Source of the DNA: Raillietiella orientalis
Lineage: Eukaryota
Assembly: GCA_036172245.1 (NCBI GenBank)
Contig: JAYWIR010000038.1
Coordinates: 1,674,001-1,738,000 of the forward strand
DNA: 64,000 nucleotides
Reading direction: 5' to 3'
Below the pieces are notes generated by a model. The model saw only the letters and a program-made list of their open reading frames with translations, searched no databases and was not told the DNA's origin. Positions 11,511-22,176 of this stretch are shown here, piece by piece (the stretch's first letter is position 1; each line of letters begins with the position of its first letter). A program made the position numbers and the translations under genes.

Positions 11511-13247
11511 TGTGTTTTTTAGTTAAACGGATAACTAGCGAATGTTGTGTTTCATATTTACTTCATGTTTTAAACATAGCCTGGAAAGAAGGCTGTAGAC
11601 TGTTGCACCCATGGTTGTTTTGTGATGTGAATTCAAAGGAATCACAGAAAGAAGGCTGTAGCATTGTTTTGCGATTTGAATTCATTTCCTACTTTATGAA
11701 CTTTTAATTTACTCTGTACTATATTTTTGAGGTAGATAATGGCGTAATCACTTTTCATAGTGTTTCTTTGTATAATGCCGTTTATTAGCTGGAAATTGGT
11801 ACAAATTTATTTTTAGATGTTATGAAGGAAGACTTTTTAAAATCACTGAAAAACTACCATGCAACGCATTGCAAATGCCAGTTTCTGAATATAAGTATTT
11901 TATATGCTGGAGAATTTAGCCATGGGTTTCTCCATATTCCGCTTTATGCATTTCCAAACGAAAGATAGGAATCATTTCAAAACGAATACGGTCAAAACAG
12001 GAATGTGATTTTTGATGATGGAGAAGTGATGTTTTTAATTCTGACTAAACTGTAATTACATTGAAAAACTAAAACATCTATATTCTCGATGTGAAATAAA
12101 TTCATTTAATCGAAGCATGCGTTGGTAGAAGAAACATTTTTGTGTATCTTTTTGTGAGGGAGTGGTACATTATTTATGTTGAAGAATTTTTGAAGATGAT
12201 CTGTATGTTTGCCTATTCCATCTCCATGTATTTTTGTTTATTTTTGGCACTTCATAATGCTTATACGTCAGTCATGGTTCGTAAATGCTTTTAGTATGCT
12301 TGATAACTGAAAATTTCCGTTCACATCGCGATAATTTGCAATTTTGACAAGTAAACTCTCAAGGAAAGTTTTCAAAGAAAGTTTTTTAAGAACACTTCTA
12401 AGTTCAGTGCATTTCCAATGAAAGTATATTCAACGAGGTATTTTGATTTTGATGTGATGCTAACAATTCCTTGATTCACTCCATGACAATCCAAACGTAA
12501 TACGAATACAAGTTCTCTTCCACTTTAGTGATCGAAGTATATAATATATGAGTGTAGTCCGTTTTATCTTATATGCTTACCTAGAAACATGCTAAGTCAT
12601 CTCTTTGTCTGAGGCAAATATGAAGAAGGGATACTTTTGTTGAGAAAATCTAGAGAAGAAAAGCGAAAAATAAATAATGGATTTGGTAATCATATTCAAT
12701 CTCCCGATTTTTATTAATGGCGTCGTATTTTATTGAAAGTGCATGTGATGAAGTTTTAACCCAATTAATTCATATCCGGAAACCTTCTTTTGGTTAAATA
12801 AGTTTTTTAAAAGATACGGACGTTTGGTACTTAGTGTTTTTTCAGTGTACAATAGGTTTCCATGACTTTCTAATTACTCCTAAAATAAGTGGTGCTGATT
12901 CAGTTGTTCATCTGATGATATTAAGCATAATTATAAAAAAGTACTATAGAATACTGGGATATGCTTGCAGTTTTAATGTGGGTAAAAAAGTATCTTGGCT
13001 CTATGTGTTCGGATTGTTGAGAAATATTTCAATGTTATAATTATGCATATAGGTATTAAGACAGCGTATTGCACGTTGGTTGTGCTGTATCCGTTATCCG
13101 TATACATTTTAGGAGAATGTAGTCTAGTGTTTATGTGAAAATCGTGCATAACATTCTAATCAAATAGCCTGTTTTGATAGGGAAAATACATAGAGTCTTA
13201 ATTTTTTCCCCATTTTTTAAATTCCTTTGTAATTAAAGAAAATAAAA

Positions 13248-16200
13248 ATGACTCAGTTTCTGCCTCCGAACTTACTGGCATTATTTGCTCCAAGAGATCC
13301 AATTCCTTACTTGCCTCCATTAGATAAACTTCCACATGAAAGAAAAAAATCGCGCATTTTAGGAGTAGCTCAGTATTTGAGTGAATTTGAAGTAAGTATT
13401 CTCCAGGATCAAAGATAGTGGCTGCAAATGTTCTTGTAGGACCCAAAGGATACCCCCCCTATCACCAGAGTAGAAACTCGTGAAGAACGAAAAGAACGGA
13501 AAAGAAAAGAGAAGGCTGAACAGACTGCATATAAGCTAGAGCAAGAGATTGCTCTTTGTATGTAATGAACAAAACTTGTTGATTGTAGTTCATTGTTTTT
13601 GTTAGGGGATCCTCACAGCAACTCCATGGCTACAACAGATGCTTTTCGAACGCTTTTTGTAGCACGCATTGTAAGCAAAGTTAATTTTGAACTATAATTT
13701 GATCTTCTTTCAGAATTATGATACGACTGAAGCTAAACTGCGTAGGGAATTTGAAGTGTATGGACCTATTAAAAAGGTGAGTGTAATTTAGACTCATGTA
13801 CCTGGGGATTTTCCCATGCTTGCTACAGTAAGGATGGTGTAAATCCAGGGAAACTATATCCTCTCTGCATTATATTTCCTATCTAGAACAGGAAATGTGG
13901 TTTGGGCACAAAACTCACACATTGTATTTTCAGATTGTTTTAGTGCACAATACTGTGTCCGGTAAACCACGTGGCTATGCCTTCATAGAATATGAACATG
14001 AAAGAGACATGCATTGTAAGTGAGGGTGTGTTTAGGGTGTGTTGCATCTCCTGAGTTGGATGGGGTATACCTCCATCTGGTTGCCGTCCACCTCAAGGGG
14101 AGGCACATTGTGCTGGGGTCCCTGTCACAAGAGCATCCAGTAACACATGTTTGTGTTCCCCCTATCAGAGTGGTGCTCTGCTTCCCACTGCTTGTAGACT
14201 TGTACAGGCTGCCCTCCTTGGTTTGTATATGGGGGCCGTACACCATGCCACAGCTGGCGTGTGAGTATGGTGGTGCGTGAGGTGTGTTTGACCAGCATAA
14301 TGATGTCCAATGTAAATATCTGTGTTGTTGGTCCAGTATGTGTACACAGATAATTGCATGATGGGCTACTCGTGTATGGGCAGCTTCATGATTATATATA
14401 TCATAATGTAAAAGTGCTCATACACAGCAGACGATGCTCCCTTAGTAGTGGGAAATAAGTACAGCAGGGTATGAGCTTCCAGTTCTGTGGTAGGCAGAGA
14501 TGGGCTACTTTTGATAGGGGAAGGGATCTTGGTAAACGTGGAAGTCCAGAAAAATCCTGTTGTAGAGTGGCTACTAGCAAGTAGCTGTACTCTTTCCCAG
14601 TGTTTCTTTTCTTGTGCCAATGATGGCATGGTAGGTATTGTAACAAGACTAGATTCATCTGGTAGGTATTGGTTAGTATAATAAAAAACATGGTAGGTAT
14701 AGTGAGTATGGAGAAACTGCAATAGCTTGGTAGGTACTTGTGTAAAATGGAGATGTGTCTACATATTAATTGGTCTTTGGTGAAATGAACAGATGTTCAC
14801 CTAGCTATTGGTATGTATTTAGAATGGGCTGTTTTGTTATGAGATGGTAGGTATTTTATAAACCACATGGTAGGTATGCTTTGGAAATCTCCTTTTGAAA
14901 ACTGATATATATCTACCCCATATCATTATTATGCAGTACATGCACTTTTAATTGTTGATGTTCCATTATAATGCTACTAAGATCTCAGTTGAAATCATGG
15001 TGATGGTAGGTATTGAGATTAGAGACACCATATCATGTTCCATATTTGATTGCATTACGAAATCCCTTCATTTCCGAACACAAATCAACAACATTTGTAA
15101 AGCTTTGATGTGCTCTTAGAGCCCCAAACAGCTAGCATAGCAATTTTTGCCAAAGGAAATCTTGAAATATAAATGGTGCCATCATACATTGTGGTTCTTT
15201 CCTATCTCTTGTCTCCAGAACAATTTTACAATTGTGTTGGAAGTTGGATCACAGAACTGATTTCTTTGGACTATTTGCTTCTACAGTTTGGTGCCATCTG
15301 CAACTCTGTGGATGAGAAAGTTTTTTGTATCTCTGTGGTTGGTATGTGGTGGGTATTATTTTGTTGTTCAGTATTTGCTTACTAAACTTCATCTTGTAAC
15401 AATAGGTTTTTTTTTGTTTTTTTGTTTTTTTGAAGACTAAATAGATGTAAATCCATTATTTTGCATAATATCAGGCAAATCATCTGTTCATTCACGATTA
15501 GTGATATTTTATAGTATTTTGCTTATTTGGCATCATTATATTTGTGATTGCCCTTGTCATCGATTTGTTTCCGTTTCTTGTCCTTTGATATGAGCAGATA
15601 GTGATTAGATAAATTCAGAATTAGATTAATGTAGCTGTCTATATGCTATGTGGCTATTGCAGACACCTACAGAACCAACTTTTGTTGAACAGTAGCTATG
15701 TCTGGTGTCCTGGCTCAGTATCCTGAAAGTTAAAAATGAGGTTGTAAGTAAGAATATGAGTTGGTGGTAGGTATATTTGGTAGGTATCGTTATTAATCGC
15801 CAACCGTATTTTACGTAATTTTGCTGTTTTAAAAGATGTCGTTAATATTGTTTCACAAAGACAATTTCAATAAACATTGAAATTAGAGTTATGTAGGTCA
15901 AAAACATCTGCTGAGAGGAATACACAAATGTTGTTTGTACACTCATGCAGAATTTTTTATGCATAAAACTACAGGAAGGCTTGTGACCATATGTGGATGG
16001 GATAAAGATAGAGGGTTTGGGATGAAGGGACCGTGAGGTATAATTTTCTGAAAATGGGTGGGATCAGGGTGGTTGATGCTTTCCGCGCTAAAGACGTAGG
16101 TAAGGGAGGAGAATGTAATGTCAGCAATTTATTTTATGCTTTGTCTTTTCAGCTGCTTACAAGCATGCAGATGGCAGGAAGATTGATGGCAAACGAGTGC

Positions 16201-16891
16201 TTGTTGATGTGGAAAGGGGTAGAACAGTTAAAGGATGGCTTCCCAGAAGACTTGGTAATGTTGCAACTCATATTTCATTACAAAACAGGTTTGTTATAAG
16301 GTGGAGGACTTGGAGGCACACGCAGAGGAGGACCTGATGTGAACATAAAGCATTCTGGACGTGAAGATAACATGCGTTATCGGGATGATAGAGATGACGG
16401 GAAAATGCGCATGGATAGAGGCATGGATGATGGCATGCTTATGGGTGGCAGTGGAAGAGGTGGGAGAGGATTCAGAGATCGCATGAGAGATCGAGAAAGG
16501 GATCGTGATAGGGAAAGACGGCGATCAAGAAGTAGGGATCGTAAACGTCGTTCCAAAAGGTTTGTCAAAGTCTCAGTAGAAACTGGGAAATAATATTTAT
16601 GTAGTCGAGAGCACCGGAGACACCGTAGTCGTTCAAAAGATAAAGAACGCCGTTATCGTAGTCGTTCAAGAGACCGCAAGAGGAAAGAGGAAAAGAAAGA
16701 GAAACCCCGAATTGAGGAACCAGAAATGCGTATCAAACAAGAACCTCAAGATGGTGAGTTTAAAGATGCAGCTTATGTGTATTTGGATTATCAACATAGA
16801 TTATGGATATGGGAATTATGGTTATGTGAAACAGGAACCAGTTGATGACCAGCAGTATGGATACACTGGCTTCAATGCCCAAGATTATTGA
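13248..16891 (+). CDS. snRNP-U1-70K: U1 small nuclear ribonucleoprotein 70 kDa (U1-70K/SNRNP70), 357 aa, 9 coding exons
   Basis: Exons 13248-13391, 13440-13557, 13606-13670, 13714-13776, 13934-14015, 16153-16254, 16301-16559, 16605-16753, 16800-16891, all GT-AG and phase-consistent. Protein [24 protein letters not shown]...[32 protein letters not shown]...[62 protein letters not shown], then an RS/RD-rich tail. Confidence 0.97.
13800..13913 (+). ncRNA. Candidate intronic box H/ACA snoRNA
   Basis: Hairpin 1 (CCTGG/CCAGG, GATTT/AAATC, CATGCTTGCT/AGTAAGGATG). H box AAACTA at 13851-13856, 14 nt after the upper stem. Hairpin 2 (TATATTTCCT/AGGAAATGTG). ACA at 13908-13910. The host intron is 157 nt versus 43-48 nt for its neighbours. 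Confidence 0.55.
14601..14630 (+). other. Candidate PTC-containing (poison) cassette exon of U1-70K
   Basis: Acceptor TCTTTCCCAG (14591-14600) and donor TG|GTAGGTAT (14631). Read in phase 1 it gives LFLFLCQ* with TGA at 14621-14623. Confidence 0.5.
14629..15787 (+). promoter_or_regulatory. Array of U1 snRNA-complementary 5' splice-site-like motifs (TGGTAGGTAT x8 plus variants)
   Basis: Exact copies at 14629, 14660, 14691, 14845, 14868, 15004, 15765, 15778. Variants at 14670, 14728, 14809, 15347. Confidence 0.8.
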
Positions 16892-17054
16892 ATTTTTATT
16901 TTATCTTATTTTTGTGCATCTTTGATTCATTACACCTTGTACATTGTATACTTAAGAAACTGATATAATTGATGATGTTATGAGCAGTGCTCTTTACTTT
17001 GTGTTCAGTTTCAGATCAGTCAAGGTAATTGTGAGATTTTATGCAGATGCTAAC

Positions 17055-17110
17055 TGAATTAGAGTAAGAGCATTAGAAGTAAGTGAATTAGAGTAAGAGA
17101 CTTAGAGGTA
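17055..17110 (+). repeat. Two-copy tandem repeat (period 29) in the U1-70K 3' region
   Basis: TGAATTAGAGTAAGAG at 17055 and 17084, each followed by a TTAGA[A/G]GTA variant. Confidence 0.85.
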
Positions 17111-20100
17111 GTATATCACGTGATAATCCATAAAATAAGGCACAGCTTTAATAGTTTAAGTTTACACCGAAAGACTATGTTGATATTTTCATGGCTTCTT
17201 GTGTTAGCAAAATCTAATTTGTTAGTGAGATGCGTCATGTTATTTATATGAGTAAATTGTGAAAAAATATTGCAAGGAATGGAAGAATGTTACTTTTGCT
17301 TAGGTAAGAGATGACTTTTCAGGTTCTGTGTGGAAATTCTTTTCTTGCGGAAATTTCTTTTTAACTTTTTTTTATGAGAAATTCTTGTGGTGTCCTTTGG
17401 GAAGTTGTAATCTGAAGCATCCTAGGGAAAGTAGATCAGGTCAGTTTTGATTTGCTGTCATGACCCATACAAAGATTCACAGTGCCTGTGAGTAACTAAC
17501 GATGACACTCTTCAGAATTAAATATGTTTATTATACATGGAACTTGTACCGAATATTGCTTATGCAAGAAGTTGTTCTTCAAGGTGTGTGCAGGGATAGT
17601 TTTGAGGCATTTGGTTGGCTCATCGAGATTTCCCGGTTGCAGGCACTTGGAATTAAGAGATTTTGTGCCAACCGAATTCGCGAAGAAAGCCAGGAGTTAC
17701 TCCCATGTAATAACAGGTTTGGTTACCTAAAGCCCATCGTGATGTAATTGGAAGCCAGAGTCGGACGGGAGAAGGTAGCAAGTGGACATTGGCCTTTTTT
17801 GATTTTCGTACGCCGAAGCGATTGATCCTTTTTGCCAGTTGGTTGTTTCGGAGTTGCCATCTCTTTGAAACATACTATACACCCATCTGCAATAATTCCG
17901 AGTCGCAACTTAACATCAGATATATCAAGAATCGTATAAAACTCATTGGGAATTCGGCACTTGCATGGCGAGCGCACGCGAAGCCGCCCTCCGGGTGTCG
18001 CATTGACCTTGTGCGTGGGTGGGTAATGTCTTGCCTCATCCCATGGGAGATGATCTGCAAGGAGATCGGTGGCTAATCGGGAGTCCCTCGGAAAGCTGAA
18101 TGATGCCGTGGGAAACTTCTGTGGATTCTGTGGGTCTCCCTACTGTGCAGCCTCGGCAATCGAAAATGCCTGAAACTCGAAATATGCAAACCACGCACAC
18201 GGTCGCATGTGCTGCCCACCATTCAGTGTACGACTTGGGAGTGTTCGGCGCGGGAACACACGTTTTGTGGCATGGGAAACTTCCTTTGGACGAGCGCCTC
18301 CAAAAGTTTTGTTCGGCCACCGGAAGGGCGGACGGAATGACTGCGACGACCTCCCAAGAATTGGGCACTGTGCTAGTCATTGAACTTTGATTTGCACTTC
18401 AGCTTGCCTGCAGCGGCGGTGGTGAAACTGCTTTGTGAAATGGCCTATTTCAACCCTACCCACCCACCTCCCTAGCTTAGTGGATTCCTCGCGGTGGTCG
18501 TGTTCGATTGTTCGGGTCCGAGATCCAAACGTTATACTCTCGTTTTCTGTTGCATCAGGACGTTGCTTTGCATGTGGTAGCAAAGAGTGTGCTTAAGTCG
18601 ATGCATGGGTTTGCGCCATGCAACCATCCTCAGCTAACTTCCGGATCAGATGCCGTACCTTTCAATCCGGCTGCAAGTGAACAGGAAGGTCGTGCACGCT
18701 CTCAGGTCTGCAGCCGAAGTTCTTACGGTAAGAGGCTGCGTACAAGATGGAAATCTGCGCCGCCTCCTGCGTAGGCATGGCGGCGTTTGCCTCATCAGTA
18801 TTGCCAAGGTAGTAATGACATTAGTGAACCTAAAAGTATGTGCCATTAACATGAAAACGAAAACCGCTTCTCATTTTGGTGAGAGCACCAAAGTTGCCTT
18901 GAGTTCGCAGTGACATACACGAAAATCTGTTGCTCCCAGTACGTGGTGCTGCTTGTGGAAACTTCATTTAAAGAAATAAGATCCTTGATTTCTTCGAGAA
19001 CAGGACTTGATTCGTGCCAGTTCTGTCATGTGTAATCTTGTCTTTCCTCCGAAGTGCTCATCTGATATGTGATGCAGAAAAAAGTGTTTGGCTTGAATCT
19101 AGTTTTCTTTTTTTTGGTTGAAGTTTATCATTACGAGATAGTTTACAAAATTCTTGGTTCTTTTCTCGGTAAATGAATGTTGCGATGGTGAATGTTACAA
19201 GCAGGAATATCTTCTGTCGAGGAAATTTTTTTTATAAGACTGGTATTGATAAGACTATTTAAAAGCACCTTTTGGATACATGGGACATGTTTGGATTGAA
19301 GACAATGCTCAGAAGGAAAGCACCTGAATGGCGCGACGTGAGATGTATCTTATCATTATAGGGAGGCTGGTGTCGAAGCTTTCACATCACAATTTTTAAC
19401 ATGTCACATGCTAATCTGATTCTTCCAATATAAAACCAGAAGCAATTTCCAAAAGTTTGAACAACATTTAATGCACATGGAGATCTTGAGAGGACGGTTA
19501 AGAAAATTGCACTGATTTCTACGATTCAGGGCTACTGCAACTGTAAATACGGTAGCAAAGTCTATTCACACAGAGAATGGGAAAGGTTCTGTCTGCAAAG
19601 GTTGTCACTCGTCCGTGCCGGAAGTGCCTAAATAACATTGCATAAACTTTCCACCGCTTCTCGTGCAAGATTCACGCTTTAATTGTAGGTCAGTTGGTTA
19701 GCATGTGTAAGTATCGTTCCAATCGAGGTTGCCGATACATTAATTTGTGTGTTCAGTGTGCCTGTATGTTTGAGATAATTGTCTCGAAATGACTCATTCG
19801 AAGGTGCAGTAAAAAATCTGCTTTATTTTCATAATCAGGTCGTTACCTCAGTTAAGAAAGGAAAAGTGAAAATGAAAGTCGTTACTGGAGGCTGCAGAAC
19901 AAAGTTCTGTCCCGCGTTTCCTAGTGAGCCCCTGCTCTCTAGATTGAAAATTCTGCAGCGAGGGAACTCGAGCCATTTATTTTTATTCAAGTATCAAAGA
20001 ACACGATTCGTCCTCGTTCAGATGTTGTTACCCTGTGCTACTGTGAGACGTCACGAAGTACGGGTGGAAAAAAGAAAGAGGGAGCGAGCAGTCCTCAGCC

Positions 20101-22176
20101 TGCAGAGACAGTTCCGATTTTACGTTTTTTAAGTGGGATTTTAGTCTTCGATAGGATTCGAACCCTAGGATAGGGTGCGAATTGAGATGTGAAAATGTGA
20201 CCATGCGTCCCCGGTTGTCTTCGTTCTTCGCACCTGGGCTATCTTAACCGCGCCGTCTTTTCAAACATCAAACGACTTGGTAGTGGAGCTTCGATCCCCT
20301 GGTCGGCAGTGCATTTGTGCCGAGCCTGGATATCAGTCTTCCGGAGGCCTTCTCGGTGGGGGAAACGCTCTGGTGCATTCCTAGAGAACAACCACACATC
20401 ATCATACACATTAAAAATAGAAACGATGAAAAATCACTTTGGAGGAGTGGTGGTGTCTTTACACTGTCCAGAAGGCCGATGGCATCCATGGATGCTGGTA
20501 GCATAATACAAGGCAGATGCTGGATGGCTTCTTCGGAAACACCGAAAGACAAAGCGAAGCGGTGCGAAGGTGGAGAGTTGCGAGAGATTTGTGGCCATTG
20601 AAATCATCCGTATATCGAAACGATCTCCAGAGAAGGTTGATCAGACCTCAAATCCTGTCAACCCGAGTCCGGAGGTGCTCTCTGATTTCGGGATGAGATG
20701 ATGAGAGGCATATGACACGAAAACTTGCCGTCATCGTCATCGCCGCTCAAAGTGTACATAGCCTTCCCTCCCCCCTCCCCAATCAGCTACTACGATGAGA
20801 CTTCAGCATGCTCCCTGAAATCTGCCTATTTGCAGATGCAGACAGATTGATCGTCAACGACGCAAAGGATGACAACGAAATCGATTCCTTGAATTGCAAA
20901 GCAAAAGGATGAGTAGATTATATCTGGGCGAACCTTGAGGCAATTAACAAGGCACTCAAATGGGAACCCAAAGCGGTACATCCGATTTTGTTTAGATCGT
21001 TTGTTCTCAATGCAGCACATTAGAAAGGAAAGCCCACTCATTAAATTTGCTTCTTTAATGCCTCAGTAGGCGGTCCTTACATAAAAGGGGGATGCACGAA
21101 ATGTGCATTGATTTTCTTTAACCTGGAGAAGACGTCTAACGGTACCGAAAGGATCGCACTTTCAAGCCAAACGGATTTGCGTTTCTAAGAACTACATCAA
21201 CGAAACGTAACAACACATTTTCCCATCAAAGTTGAGGCGAACAGAACTTCCGACAGCAGGGTCCCGGCTATTTATCCTTCGAAAGAGCAAGTCCTCTGGG
21301 ACACCTGCTGGTAAAACTCCCGCCTGGTAGTATTCTTAAGCAGCAGGTAATGTTTGATAGTGTAGTGGGTCCCTGCTTGTGACTTTTGCGCGCATATGTA
21401 ACTGCTGCACCCTCAAGCATTGCAGTACAACTTGGTGGGCATGGGTGAAAGTTTCATTTTCAGCACTCACGCTTGTCGTGCCTGCGGGCTTATGGATCCC
21501 TGTGGTCGAAGTAGGGTGTTGTAGTGGCAAACGGGAAAAACCTGCTCGAAGGTCTGGGAAAGTCGAAACCAGCGGGAAAACTTCCACCAAAGTTTCGGCT
21601 TTCCAGCGTCGACAAATCAAAATGCACATGGAATCTTTAGGTAAACTTTTTATTTTTCATAACGTGGTCTTTACTCCTCTTTTAGGTCAGCACACCTTTT
21701 TTTATGTACGATAACTCTTCTTCAGCTGCGAACGCGTTTTCCGAAACAAGACGTTCGCATGCAAAAAAAAAAAAAACAGCTCTTGTAAGAATTTCAACTA
21801 CGTAGCTAACACACTAAGAAAAACTGTGTCCGTTTCCTGTTGAAGACTAGACTTACGAGACCCCGGGATGTTGAGCTAACAAGTTCATTTCGGGGGGAAG
21901 GGGGCCTGACTGACATCATTAACGAGCGAAACAGGATTGGAAGTTGAAACTAGATTAGTTTAATGACTAGATTACAAAATGGCACTATTTGTCTAGCAAT
22001 GGCCGCTTTTGAGCTGAAACTGAACGCGTATCGATTTGCACCTGCACCACAGCGAGGGAAAACTTGGAATGATTCGCTTCGAGCTGCGACCGCGAGATGG
22101 AAGCACCGAATCACTTGAAAGAAGTGCGAAAGACTTTGACCAGTCACAGACCGCAAGCAAAAGTAAGCATTATCTG

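Noticed and set aside
11990..12930. TGATGA and CTGA motifs suggesting C/D snoRNAs in intron 1
   Set aside because: No pair has convincing spacing, terminal stem and guide; these motifs are common in AT-rich DNA.
13061..13088. U1A-type ATTGCAC within a stem-loop in U1-70K intron 1
   Set aside because: A single 7-mer, lacking the canonical closing pair and loop geometry; compatible with chance.
14629..15787. TGGTAGGTAT repeats read as a CRISPR array or satellite
   Set aside because: The repeat is only 10 nt, spacing is mostly irregular, the context is a eukaryotic intron, and there are no cas genes.
16281..16300. Alternative CAG acceptor at 16288 that would add GLL-stop
   Set aside because: It would leave a 34-nt intron, shorter than any other seen here.
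17720..18910. Moderate-GC block with Cys-rich short ORFs (GFACARH, GIFDCRGC), possibly a transposase relic
   Set aside because: The motifs are too short and fragmented to assign without a profile search.
20140..20310. B-box-like GGTTCGAATCC (- strand, ~20154-20164) and TTCGATCCC suggesting a tRNA or SINE
   Set aside because: I could not build a cloverleaf or find a correctly spaced A box. At most a tRNA-derived relic; tRNAscan-SE would settle it.
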